60,008 nt of DNA from a virus (IMGVR_UViG_3300032330_000731:1-60008), one strand, 5' to 3'; shown: positions 27,915 through 37,286, counted from the stretch's first letter. Translations and numbers: made by a program. The notes: generated by a model not told the origin, from the letters alone.

Positions 27915-28130
27915 TTAGGCCATAGGGCCACGACTCATGGTGCCTTTGGTAGCTGCACCTGCACCGCGCATTTTGATGCCAGTTGTTTTGGGTTCATGCA
28001 AAGGACCGATGGTCACTGGAGTACTACGACCCATCATGCTAGTACCACCTTTAACTTCAGTATGAGGTTCAGCATAAACAGCAGCATCACCCACTTCTTT
28101 ACCCATCATTTTCTTGCTGAATTTAGGCAT
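27915..28130 (-). CDS. small basic protein
   Basis: KTTGIKMRGAGAATKGTMSRGPMA C-terminus. Confidence 0.75.
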   Translation of the reverse strand: MPKFSKKMMGKEVGDAAVYAEPHTEVKGGTSMMGRSTPVTIGPLHEPKTTGIKMRGAGAATKGTMSRGPMA

Positions 28131-28132
28131 GA

Positions 28133-28258
28133 TTAGTTTCCTTGATTCTTAGCGCGAGAAAGATTGCGACCATATTTGGCACGATCATCCGTAGTAGGAC
28201 CACCCGGCTTACCTTTGGGGGCTTTAACAGATTTGTCAATTGGAGCTTTTTTGTCCAT
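28133..28258 (-). CDS. small basic protein (41 aa, MDKKAPIDKSVKAPKGKPGGPTTDDRAKYGRNLSRAKNQGN)
   Basis: hand translation; fills the gap; SD AAGGA. Confidence 0.65.
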   Translation of the reverse strand: MDKKAPIDKSVKAPKGKPGGPTTDDRAKYGRNLSRAKNQGN

Positions 28259-28267
28259 GATGTTTCC

Positions 28268-28702
28268 TTAATTTTCAACAATATATTGTTGGGTTAAAAA
28301 GTTTAAATACAGAGAGTAAGTAAACTCTCCCGCCGTTACAGCGCCAACTGCGCCGATTGCTACTAAATTGTTTGGGGTTAGTGAGTTTGCTGACCCACCA
28401 CCTACGGGTGCCCATCCCCACTGGAAAATTCGGCTTCCCTCGCCAATTGAACCATTTGCGGTCGGGCCTGAAGTGAAGTAGCTGCGATCAGGTCTAGGGT
28501 TACGCAAAGCTTGGGGATCATCAATCGGATACATACCCAACTGCAATTGAGGATGATCCATTTCCCAACACTGTCTACAGACCAGAATATTAACATTCTT
28601 GGTCTTAATAACCAGCCCTTTTAGCTCTTTAAGCTTAAAGCGAAAACCACATCGGTCGCATTCCGATATGGCTTTTATGCCATTTGCAAACCGATTGCCC
28701 AT
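28268..28702 (-). CDS. zinc-binding virion-associated protein
   Basis: CDRCGF...VC..CWE.DHPQ...DPQALRNPRPD. Confidence 0.75.
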   Translation of the reverse strand: MGNRFANGIKAISECDRCGFRFKLKELKGLVIKTKNVNILVCRQCWEMDHPQLQLGMYPIDDPQALRNPRPDRSYFTSGPTANGSIGEGSRIFQWGWAPVGGGSANSLTPNNLVAIGAVGAVTAGEFTYSLYLNFLTQQYIVEN

Positions 28703-28705
28703 GAT

Positions 28706-29398
28706 TTATGAGATAAATTGTTGGCGTGGGACGAATCTTACCGCTGCCTTCTCACGGTCTTCGGTCGAGGCAAATTCCCAAGCTTCATCATATTGAGCTT
28801 TTAGAACTTGCATGCGATCTAAAGCGCCTGGAAGCTTCATTGACAAATAATAAGCTAATCCCGCTACCATGCAAGGTAAAAACCGGAATGGTACATCCAT
28901 CGTATTAACGCCTGATCCAGCATCCTGAATGCGACGCAGACGCCAGTAAACAAAGGTGTATGTAGTACCTGCATCAGGTATTGGCCATACAGTAATGTTT
29001 GGGATAGGAGATTGGCGGTTAATATAAACTTGGATCGGTCGAGCTTGGGTTAATTTATTTGGAATAGTTGCATAGGTAGAAACACTAATGCGGGTGATGT
29101 TTAAATCAGCCTGCGTAGATGCTACACCAGCACCAGTCCGAATTACATGCTCAAGTAGGTCTACGGTATCTGCGGGGAGATCATAAGTAGCCGTGCCTGC
29201 GACAAGAGTAATTGACCCTTGCTCTACCGTCCAAAGATTGATGCCTTGGTTTGCCCAAGCTGCAAATAAAAGATTTAAAGACCTTCGTGCAGTTTTCAGG
29301 TCATAGCCTGTGCGTAACTCTGCACCACACCGCTCAAAGGCTTCCTCTACTAACTCAGTGAGTTCTAAGTTAAATGCTGTGGTGCCTGAAGTTGCCAT
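28706..29398 (-). CDS. head-tail adaptor / connector-like protein
   Basis: MATSGT..F.L...ELVEEAFERCG...ARRSLNLL...WAN.GINLWT; VWP.PD. Confidence 0.75.
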   Translation of the reverse strand: MATSGTTAFNLELTELVEEAFERCGAELRTGYDLKTARRSLNLLFAAWANQGINLWTVEQGSITLVAGTATYDLPADTVDLLEHVIRTGAGVASTQADLNITRISVSTYATIPNKLTQARPIQVYINRQSPIPNITVWPIPDAGTTYTFVYWRLRRIQDAGSGVNTMDVPFRFLPCMVAGLAYYLSMKLPGALDRMQVLKAQYDEAWEFASTEDREKAAVRFVPRQQFIS

Positions 29399-29637
29399 TA
29401 TCTGTAACCTGCTGTTTTCTTAGCGATGCGTTTAGGTTGTGCTACAAACTGTTTGCCTTCAGCTTTACCCTTGCGCTTTGCGGTTGTAGTGGCTGCGTAT
29501 TCTGCTGGGGTTAATGCTTTGATGGCTGCGGATGGTAAGTAGCGTTCTCCAGTTTTAGAAGAAGGTTTGCCTGACTTAGTTCGCCATTCAGCGTCACCCC
29601 AAGCCTTTAAACTTTGCTGCTCTTTTCGCAATGCCAT
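29398..29637 (-). CDS. small basic protein (DUF5872-like)
   Basis: QQSLKAW....WRTKSGKPS.KTGERYLP. Confidence 0.75.
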   Translation of the reverse strand: MALRKEQQSLKAWGDAEWRTKSGKPSSKTGERYLPSAAIKALTPAEYAATTTAKRKGKAEGKQFVAQPKRIAKKTAGYR

Positions 29638-29645
29638 GTTATAGC

Positions 29646-29924
29646 CTAGTCACGGTAAGAACCACCAGCAGCCTTGTACTTCTTAGCCACTAACTGTGCT
29701 TTACGCCCGCTCCATTCGCCTGCGTCTGTGGCTTGGGTAGCTGCGGCTTTAACTTGAGCTACGATGCGTTTACGCAGTTCAGGCTTGGTATAGTTGCCTG
29801 CAGCATTGACAGTGCCACCCTCCTTGTAGACATCTACAACGTTAGGGTTGTCCTTGCGCTTCACCTTTTTGCGTGAAGGCATTTTGTCTGGGTTGATGGC
29901 ACCCATGCCTCGGCTAGCTAACAT
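29646..29924 (-). CDS. small basic protein
   Basis: SRGMGAINP.K; NYTKP.LRKRI; GEWS.RKAQL..K.YK..GG.Y. Confidence 0.75.
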   Translation of the reverse strand: MLASRGMGAINPDKMPSRKKVKRKDNPNVVDVYKEGGTVNAAGNYTKPELRKRIVAQVKAAATQATDAGEWSGRKAQLVAKKYKAAGGSYRD

Positions 29925-30883
29925 TAGCAAATCTTCCCTTTGGTTTTGCCCTTTTGAGCAATGCCGTCTGCTCGCTTAGAGGCCATACTAACAGAGCCGC
30001 CGGAAGCATATTTCTTTACCTTGCCGCCACGTTTAAATTCCATTCCTGTCTCATCTTCATTAAAACGAGTCCGGTTAGGTTTTTTAACGCCGCCAAAATC
30101 TTCTTTCTTTGGCATTTGGCGATTTTTTGCATTACTGCCACGCAGAATATCAAGAACCTCATCTGTTAAGCTCTTCTCTTCAGCCTTGCTGCCGGCAATT
30201 TGACGAGGAGCCAAAGGCTTTGCTTCAGCCTTGGCAAGCCTACCCAGGTCACTTCGCTCAATCTTTGCTGCGCCAGCTTCGATACGAGGAGCCTGCCGCA
30301 TTCCAATCTGTTCAGCCGGGGTGATATTTTTAGCCCCACTACGGCCCAGAAATGTTAGGGGGGTATCACTGGTAACCAAACCCCGTTCAGCAGAACCAGC
30401 AGCCTCTGCGGCCCCTTTACGCCCCATTAGCCCACGAAGACCGCCTCCAAGCAGCGCAGCCTCTGGATAAACACCTTCAATGGCATCCCGGCCAGGACGC
30501 ATCATTTCGTCTTCGGCTGCTTTATCCCTTGCCATCTTAGCTGCGCGCTCGATAGTTGGTCCAACCCGGGGACCGCTGCGGCTAACGGGAGCTTCTTCGT
30601 AACTACTGGGGAAACGACTGCTGTTATCCGTATAAGCAGCATCACTATTGGTTTTGCGACGAGTTAAGCCACGCTCTTTATTTAAAAAATCACGCAGACT
30701 AAGACCAGAATCTTCTAACTCTTTTTTGCTAACAATGCGCTGCTTAGGCTTTGATGCTCCTCCTAGCATTGACCTAGCATAACTGCCAGAAGGGTCTTCC
30801 GGATCAGCAACAACATCACGACCTTCGGCAATTGCTTGCGCGTAGTCAGACATGCCGCCCTCGGCAAATTTACGCTTTTTCAT
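29924..30883 (-). CDS. low-complexity basic protein with RADGIAQKGKT tail
   Basis: FAEGG, FKRGG and YASGG motifs; shared C-terminal motif. Confidence 0.75.
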   Translation of the reverse strand: MKKRKFAEGGMSDYAQAIAEGRDVVADPEDPSGSYARSMLGGASKPKQRIVSKKELEDSGLSLRDFLNKERGLTRRKTNSDAAYTDNSSRFPSSYEEAPVSRSGPRVGPTIERAAKMARDKAAEDEMMRPGRDAIEGVYPEAALLGGGLRGLMGRKGAAEAAGSAERGLVTSDTPLTFLGRSGAKNITPAEQIGMRQAPRIEAGAAKIERSDLGRLAKAEAKPLAPRQIAGSKAEEKSLTDEVLDILRGSNAKNRQMPKKEDFGGVKKPNRTRFNEDETGMEFKRGGKVKKYASGGSVSMASKRADGIAQKGKTKGKIC

Positions 30884-30885
30884 GT

Positions 30886-31260
30886 TTACACCACCTTACA
30901 GCGGGTTTTACCACGTTGAGCGCAGCCATCAGCGCGGCGTGAAACATTACCAATCATGCCGCCAGAAGCATACTTCTTAACGCTCTTGATTGGAATTTCA
31001 TCCGGCACAAGAGGGTTCTTCCTGGTGTTCTTAGTTGGACCTTCATCCGGCATAGGAGGAATGCCCTTCTCTGCCGTATAAATGTCGTCGTATGAGTCTT
31101 CTGCCGGGACAGCTTTTGCTCCCTTGCCTCGGTTAGGCATTGGAGTGTCTTTAGGCATTGGGGTAACCTTAATGGCTGATCCCATCCTTGGGAGACGCTG
31201 CGTTCCAGGGCGTTCGCTGTCCGGCGCATCAGGTGTCAGGTCATTTACAGGTCTTGGCAT
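30886..31260 (-). CDS. small protein with RADGCAQRGKT tail
   Basis: YASGG plus shared C-terminal motif. Confidence 0.75.
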   Translation of the reverse strand: MPRPVNDLTPDAPDSERPGTQRLPRMGSAIKVTPMPKDTPMPNRGKGAKAVPAEDSYDDIYTAEKGIPPMPDEGPTKNTRKNPLVPDEIPIKSVKKYASGGMIGNVSRRADGCAQRGKTRCKVV

Positions 31261-31269
31261 ATCAACCTC

Positions 31270-31674
31270 TCAGCATTTACCGCCACGGGTCATTTTAACC
31301 TGCATAGCCTTGGTCTTGCCCTTCTGAGCAATACCGTCAGCAACACGTGTAAAACCGCCTGTAGCCATCTTTTTAGCCATGCCACCACGCTTTAGTTCTA
31401 GCGAAGTACCCTTGCCGCCTTTATGCTCTTGGGCATCATGCTGCTTAAAAGCTTTCTTGATCATAGCTTTATCTTGGGCTTTATCCATCATGCCGCCTTC
31501 AGCCATCATTTTCTTAGTAGCCATAGTTTCACCGCCTTTTGCGAATTTACGGCCCTTGTCGGCCTTTTCAAAATCAGAGCCAACGCTCTGGGGGATACCC
31601 ACCTTTTTGGCAAAAGCAGGTGAATGAGATACTGCCAGCATGAAATTATGCTGCTTCTTTGTGCTACTCGGCAC
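31270..31674 (-). CDS. small basic protein with ADGIAQKGKT tail
   Basis: KQHNFM.AV.HSPAFAKKVGIPQSVG; several xxxGG motifs. Confidence 0.75.
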   Translation of the reverse strand: MPSSTKKQHNFMLAVSHSPAFAKKVGIPQSVGSDFEKADKGRKFAKGGETMATKKMMAEGGMMDKAQDKAMIKKAFKQHDAQEHKGGKGTSLELKRGGMAKKMATGGFTRVADGIAQKGKTKAMQVKMTRGGKC

Positions 31675-31855
31675 TTTTATTCTCCAAAGGTTTACCGTGG
31701 ATTAATTTCTGCACCGTTGGGGTTTCGTAGATACGAATACCAGTCCAAACAATAGTAAATAGCGCAGCGATGGCAGGGAGCATATCCATAAGGGTGCCCG
31801 CTACTGTTAAAACAGACAGAGCATCTACAGTGTATTTGGTGGCTTCGTTACTCAT
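31664..31855 (-). CDS. small membrane protein
   Basis: VAGTL..MLPAIAALFTIVWTGIRIYET.TVQ hydrophobic helices. Confidence 0.7.
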   Translation of the reverse strand: MSNEATKYTVDALSVLTVAGTLMDMLPAIAALFTIVWTGIRIYETPTVQKLIHGKPLENKSAE

Positions 31856-31856
31856 T

Positions 31857-32117
31857 TTAACACCGCCAAGCTTTGAGAGATTTATTAACGCGACTGTTGG
31901 GGTCTTTGGCCGTCTTTGCGCTAGTAAGTTTCTTTTTTAAACCTTCCATCCGGGCACAGAATGAGTCCCTACGTGGGCCACCTTCAGGCTGCGGTGCTTT
32001 GAGTCCAGGTTTGCCAGGATTAGCCTTGTTGTAAGAAGCGCGTCCTTTGGCGTTCAAACCGCCCGTCTCGCTTTGGCCTTCAACCCTAGACCAAGCAGGG
32101 GTTTTGTGTTTCTTCAT
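31857..32117 (-). CDS. DUF6321-like small basic protein
   Basis: GGLNAKGRASYN...LKAP...RRDSFCARM.G...KDPNSR.N.SL..W.C. Confidence 0.8.
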   Translation of the reverse strand: MKKHKTPAWSRVEGQSETGGLNAKGRASYNKANPGKPGLKAPQPEGGPRRDSFCARMEGLKKKLTSAKTAKDPNSRVNKSLKAWRC

Positions 32118-32830
32118 ACCGTTGCCCCAAGAATGCGTTTGCACCACATCAAAAGCTCTTTTTGAAGCAACTCTTGCTTCATGCGGTTAACAACATCGCA
32201 TACAAATTGCACGTTACCGCGTACATAGCCTACAGAACTATCAATCCGGTCAATGCTTATGTTGGTGTTGACACGCCCAGACCCCGCAATGTACGTCATT
32301 TCAACTCCAGACAAAGCACAGAAGCCTTGCTGTTTTGCGTAAATTTGAAGAAGGTAGACAAGATCGATATCAAACCCAAGATGTTGTTTGCGTTTTGCGG
32401 CGTGATTAAGGATTCCGGAGATAAAGTTTTTTGGACTTGACGACCGCCTTTGCGCTTTTGATGCGTAAGTTTTTGGGTGCTCTTGTTTTGCCCTTGTAAG
32501 TACGCAACTTTTGCATCGGCTACGGTATTTTTTTGTACCATCTGTAAAACAGCCATTTGCATAAAACTCTTTAAGCGGCTTGTCAACATTGCAAATTTTG
32601 CAAGTTTGTGCGTTTGCTGAAAGGATAGCGGCATAAGCGGGCCTTGCCCAATTCTTTCTGCCCCCTTTAACGCGGCACTCTTTGCAATACGGACGATACC
32701 TTGTTGCTCCGTCCTGGCGCTTGCTGTGAGCATAGTATGCCGATGGCGGCTTGTCTTGTCCGCATTTGGCACAAAAAGCTGGAGAAGTATCCCCCGTTGC
32801 GCGGACAATGTAAGAGTTGAAGCGTTGCAT
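32114..32830 (-). mobile_element. free-standing HNH-type (putative homing) endonuclease gene
   Basis: two CxxC...CxxC zinc ribbons plus CALSG...SIDRIDSSVGYVRGNVQFVC..VN.MK; interrupts the DUF6321-like gene start. Confidence 0.75.
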
Positions 32831-32859
32831 GTAGCCATCTTAACACATCCATGAAAAAC

Positions 32860-32904
32860 TTCAGCCTTGCCTTCTTTACGTTGCCATGCTGGAGATTTAG
32901 CCAT
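32860..32904 (-). pseudogene. orphaned original 5' end of the DUF6321-like gene (MAKSPAWQRKEGKAE)
   Basis: similar to TPAWSRVEGQSE at the present gene start 32117. Confidence 0.6.
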
Positions 32905-32906
32905 GA

Positions 32907-33197
32907 TTAAGCCCAACGACGACTAGGAGTTTTAGGGGTGACTACCCAAGCCTGTAGCTCCGGCATTTCTGCGGTGTGCCGTACATTTACATGCCAACCT
33001 TCGATAGGGGCCATTGCGGGCCAACTGCCGTCTTCAGACTCAACCATTTTACCAGTGGGCTTATAAATAGCGCCAATAATATCAATGGCAGCGTACTTAG
33101 GCACCTTGTAGGTTTCACCGTCTTCAGACCGTTCGGTAAACAACACCGCATTAGCCTCTGCTTCGTCTTTAAACTTGAGGTTTAGATCGTAGTACAT
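32907..33197 (-). CDS. fibre-associated small protein (possible chaperone)
   Basis: ID.IG.IY......GWHVNVR.......V.PKTP.R.WA; follows the fibre genes. Confidence 0.7.
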   Translation of the reverse strand: MYYDLNLKFKDEAEANAVLFTERSEDGETYKVPKYAAIDIIGAIYKPTGKMVESEDGSWPAMAPIEGWHVNVRHTAEMPELQAWVVTPKTPSRRWA

Positions 33198-33198
33198 A

Positions 33199-34374
33199 TT
33201 AAGAGGTTAGAGCTTGGAGTTCAGAATTGGTTAGACGCTTGGGGTAGTAAATGACACGCTGTAGGTAACCATTTAAAAATCCATCATCTGCCGCAGCGTT
33301 GGAACCTAGACGGAAATTAGTTACCGTTTGCGCGGTCGTGCCACTACTTGTACCAGCTACAGCACCATTGTCAACAAGGACAGAATCACTTGACTTACTG
33401 CCAAGCGCTAGTTTTCTGGTATTTGTAGTTACCCAAGAACCACCTGTAATTGTGGTGCCAAATACTACCGCAGTAGTCACACCAGTGCTTGCGCGGTAAG
33501 AACCAATTCTATTAGTGTTAGTACCATCACTGAGTAAAGCTGTGTTTTGATTTTGGGTAGCAGACAACCCAATTAGCTGCACTTGTGCGTATACCGTGCC
33601 TTCAGTTGCGTTATACCAAGGGCTAAGGGTATTGATCGATGCTACGTCCGCTGCGCGGGTAGTCGGTGAACCAGAAGCAATAGTATCGATATAGCTAGTA
33701 GCAAATGCGCCCTCTTCAAGCTGCGGAAAAGCTAGATAGACTATAGGAGTATTAAGCGCAGTTGCAGTGTAGAAAAAACGAAAACGAGCAAATAGAGTCG
33801 TGTTAGTAGTTGTTGTAAGCGTAATTCTATACCAAGAATTTTTATATGCGGATATGGTGGCAGACGTACCCGTAAAATTACCATCGTTAACAGCACTTGT
33901 TAACGTACCAGTAATAAGATTGAAAATTGCTCTCCCGCGATTGGTTGTCGTGCCGTCATCTAAAGTCAAAGTGAATGATGATACACCGCCTTTAACCCAA
34001 AGACTTACTGTATATGTAATAGCAGTGGCAGTTTTATCTATTACATAAAACGCTTGAGGTATTGTACCTGCGCCACCAGTGGGAGCCATGCCAAAGGAGT
34101 AAATAGACCCAGCGGGATCAACACCCTCATAATAATCTATAGTACAGTTTGTAGGATACCAATAACCAGTATCAAGAGCGTACATAATTTGATTAGAACG
34201 CTGTTCTTCTACTAAAAATCCCAGAGGGGCTAGTGTTATTGGATCGTAGCTAAAACGAGGTACATCATATTCAAGTAAAAATGTAACATACCCATTACTA
34301 TCTACATAGGTTGCTGCATAACTAGCCCGTGTAAACGTGATTAGGTTACTAAAAGTTGTATTAACTAATGCCAT
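33199..34374 (-). CDS. spike/fibre protein (lectin-like domains)
   Basis: TFTRAS.ATYVD; GFLVEEQRSN; QLEEGAFATSYI; TRAAD; YYPKRLTN.ELQALT. Confidence 0.8.
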   Translation of the reverse strand: MALVNTTFSNLITFTRASYAATYVDSNGYVTFLLEYDVPRFSYDPITLAPLGFLVEEQRSNQIMYALDTGYWYPTNCTIDYYEGVDPAGSIYSFGMAPTGGAGTIPQAFYVIDKTATAITYTVSLWVKGGVSSFTLTLDDGTTTNRGRAIFNLITGTLTSAVNDGNFTGTSATISAYKNSWYRITLTTTTNTTLFARFRFFYTATALNTPIVYLAFPQLEEGAFATSYIDTIASGSPTTRAADVASINTLSPWYNATEGTVYAQVQLIGLSATQNQNTALLSDGTNTNRIGSYRASTGVTTAVVFGTTITGGSWVTTNTRKLALGSKSSDSVLVDNGAVAGTSSGTTAQTVTNFRLGSNAAADDGFLNGYLQRVIYYPKRLTNSELQALTS

Positions 34375-34376
34375 GT

Positions 34377-36452
34377 TTACACCGTTAGGGCTTGGAGTTC
34401 ATAGTTAGCCATACTACGTGGGTAGTAGGTAATGCGCTGAATGTGGCCGTTAATAACATTTACTGCAGTGCCACTTGGGTCTGTGCCAATATTCATCTGC
34501 GTGAGTCCTACAGGCAACGCACCAGCCGTGCCAGCAACAATAGTCCCACCATTTCTATTGGCTCTAAAGTTGTCTACTGCGTAAGATGTAGCTACTTTAT
34601 TTACCGTGCCAACAGTGCCAATGGCGCCTAACGAGAGGATAGCCACCGGGGCTGACCCAGAGTAATACACAGAGCGCATTAAACCACTATCATTATCAAT
34701 ATAAATTGAATTTTGCGCGGTTACACCATTAGAAATATCCACATAAGCAGTGTAAGTGTTTGGTGACGCTTCAAACTGCGCAAACAACGTGCCTTGAGAA
34801 CTATTGAACCAGGGGCTTAAAGTGTTAATAGCTACTAGGTCTGCTTCGCGGGTGACTGATGCGTTAGTGGAAACATCTGCTGAACGAGGGGCACCACCTA
34901 CTGTACTGACATTGGGAATATAGCTGGTAGGGAGAGCGCCAGTGCTGGTTTCTGTTTGAGCACCCCAGACAATAAAAGTCTGCGCTGAGCCAGAGCTATT
35001 TGCGCGAATAAACCCGCGAACTGATGTGGTGTCGGCAACGTATGTAAACCAATAGCGCCACCAGCCATTACCAAAAGCCTGTGACCCTGAGTTAAGAAGA
35101 GTGCCTGATGTGGCTGTAATCACACCTGTAGAAGGGTTAAATACTATATGTCGGCCAGCCCCAGTGTCGTCCCGAAACATCATAGATGTTGCTGTACCTG
35201 CTTTGACAAAAATTGATTGAGAATATGTTGTACTAATAACTGCTACAATACTTTGAAACACACCTGTATCTTGATTTGCTGTTACGGTATCAGCAGTTGT
35301 AGTTCCATCAGGTGCGACTGTTGTATTTGCCGATACAGTTACTGCTACTGTGCTTTTAGTCCATACAGCATTATCAAACTGCTCTGTGTAAAGAAGGCGA
35401 TTGGTTGCCGCCGCTTCTAATAGCAAAAATGGAGCCGCAGTTAAATTTTCTGGGTTATATTGGTATCTAGCCACGTTGATAGCCGCAGTTGCAATAAGCC
35501 CGCTTGAGTCTACGTAAGTAGCCGTACTAGCTCTGCTGACAAAAGTAGGGATGGTGGGAATGTAGCTAGTAACAAATGCGCCTCTTTCTATTTGCGCACC
35601 CCACATTGTTAATGTAAGTGTTGCAGAAGTTGCGGTAGTCTCGTTTGCTGTAGAGTGGTTCATCTGCCAGCGGAGGCTAGTTGCAGACGCACCGGTAGTA
35701 CGCACTACAGAACAGCGATACCACCCGTTACCATAGTTCTGAATGGTAGCGTTTGACATTCCTGTTTCTACACTGCCAATAGTCCCGCTAATTAAATTGA
35801 ACCATGTTCTAGGAGTAGTAGAACCATCAAACCCTGCAAGAATAACCCAGGTGCTAGTTCCGGCTTTAAAAAAGCCACTGATTACATAAGCGGTTGACGC
35901 TGCCGCCGAAACTGCTTGAAACATGCCCATAGCTCCACCACTCGCGCCAGTACCAGTGGTAAGGTCTGCGGAAGTCGTGCCATCCGGGGCAGTAGATACG
36001 TTAGCGGTTACTGTAACTCTTTGTACACTCCAAGCGGCGTTATCAATTTGCTCTGAACAAAGAACTAAATTAGTGCGCGCTTCTTCAACCAAAAAGCCAT
36101 TGGCAACTAGCGTTGTTGGGTTGTAGTCAAACCGTGGAGTGTTAGTTGTTGCGGTTTGTATTAGCCCATTACTACCTACAAACGTTCCCGCACTAGCCCG
36201 CGTGAAGGTAATAATGTCGCTAAATGTCTTAGCTGTCAGCGCGCCTGTGGTGTTGTCCCATACAGAATACTGGGCAGGAAGTTGGTATTGCTGCGATAAG
36301 AAATTAAGGTCTAAAGACTGCCCTACAAAAGTGCTGTCTACTGTAGGCACTCCTGTAAAGATTAAATCTAAAGTAGGCCCAGACTGCGTAAACGGCCCCA
36401 CGTTAGGGGGGTTATCATACGCAGGGAACGCAAACGCAATACCAAGGGACAT
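34377..36452 (-). CDS. spike/fibre protein with internal module duplication
   Basis: two copies of the TF.RAS...E...TN...EQ.DNA.W...GW.R...WGAQ.E...TSYIP module. Confidence 0.8.
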   Translation of the reverse strand: MSLGIAFAFPAYDNPPNVGPFTQSGPTLDLIFTGVPTVDSTFVGQSLDLNFLSQQYQLPAQYSVWDNTTGALTAKTFSDIITFTRASAGTFVGSNGLIQTATTNTPRFDYNPTTLVANGFLVEEARTNLVLCSEQIDNAAWSVQRVTVTANVSTAPDGTTSADLTTGTGASGGAMGMFQAVSAAASTAYVISGFFKAGTSTWVILAGFDGSTTPRTWFNLISGTIGSVETGMSNATIQNYGNGWYRCSVVRTTGASATSLRWQMNHSTANETTATSATLTLTMWGAQIERGAFVTSYIPTIPTFVSRASTATYVDSSGLIATAAINVARYQYNPENLTAAPFLLLEAAATNRLLYTEQFDNAVWTKSTVAVTVSANTTVAPDGTTTADTVTANQDTGVFQSIVAVISTTYSQSIFVKAGTATSMMFRDDTGAGRHIVFNPSTGVITATSGTLLNSGSQAFGNGWWRYWFTYVADTTSVRGFIRANSSGSAQTFIVWGAQTETSTGALPTSYIPNVSTVGGAPRSADVSTNASVTREADLVAINTLSPWFNSSQGTLFAQFEASPNTYTAYVDISNGVTAQNSIYIDNDSGLMRSVYYSGSAPVAILSLGAIGTVGTVNKVATSYAVDNFRANRNGGTIVAGTAGALPVGLTQMNIGTDPSGTAVNVINGHIQRITYYPRSMANYELQALTV

Positions 36453-36709
36453 TAGTACACCCGCACGATGTTGGCTGCTGTGGTATTGGTAGACCACACT
36501 TGATCTACCTGCACAGGGATAACGCCCCCAGCAGGGACGTTAGAAAACACCACATCATCCCCTTGCGCAGTAGTTACCCGCACATTGCCCGCAGTGCCTA
36601 CATAAATCACCGAAGGTGATGGGAACATAACCGTGTCGCTAGGAGTAACAGCTACGGCCCCACCGGGGAACATGGGGAATGTCGGGCTAAAATTAGTCGC
36701 TTTTCCCAT
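36452..36709 (-). CDS. small virion protein (spike base-like)
   Basis: AVTPSD......IYVG.AGNVRV.......F..VPAG..IPVQV..V.ST.TTA. Confidence 0.75.
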   Translation of the reverse strand: MGKATNFSPTFPMFPGGAVAVTPSDTVMFPSPSVIYVGTAGNVRVTTAQGDDVVFSNVPAGGVIPVQVDQVWSTNTTAANIVRVY

Positions 36710-36720
36710 GATTTCACCTA

Positions 36721-37203
36721 TTACGAAGCAGCGCCGTAGGTGCCGTCAGCATTACGAACTACATAAATCAGAGTCAAAGTGCCCGCGCCAGAAGTAGCAG
36801 TAACGTTTGCCTGGGTGAAGGTAATGATTGCGTCAGTAGTACCAACGTTATTACACAGCACAGCGCCAGCAGCACTGTTATTGCCAACTGGTAGATTTAC
36901 CACGCCCGTATTTGTAAACACGCTACCGTTAGCAGCCGTGTTAATTGCACTACCATTAACAAACAACGCATAAGTAGGCGTTGTAGTAGCGTAAGCAACG
37001 GTAGTATTAAAGAATGCTTGGAGAATTTGTGACCCGGCAGGGATCGTAAACGCAACGGTGCCAGCAGTAATGTCTGTATACAGAACATCTTTAGACTGCA
37101 TAGAAACAGTCGGACCCATATTGCGAATGGTGCCAGCGGTGGTGCCGGTAGTGTTAAGAACAGTACCCAGCAGCCAGGGGCCTAGACGAGAAGCAACACC
37201 CAT
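36721..37203 (-). CDS. virion structural protein
   Basis: beta-rich; IPAGSQI; follows the major capsid gene. Confidence 0.7.
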   Translation of the reverse strand: MGVASRLGPWLLGTVLNTTGTTAGTIRNMGPTVSMQSKDVLYTDITAGTVAFTIPAGSQILQAFFNTTVAYATTTPTYALFVNGSAINTAANGSVFTNTGVVNLPVGNNSAAGAVLCNNVGTTDAIITFTQANVTATSGAGTLTLIYVVRNADGTYGAAS

Positions 37204-37286
37204 GATATTTCCTCAGATTGCACCTACTGTCCTTGAGGGGAGGTCTGACCAAGAAACAGTCAGTAGGCTAAATAGCTTGGTATGCC

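Noticed and set aside
32296-32916. 206-aa ORF as a real gene, or a group I intron
   Set aside because: Only the first ~15 codons resemble a known protein; the N-terminus is duplicated downstream, so splicing is unnecessary, and I recognised no intron core
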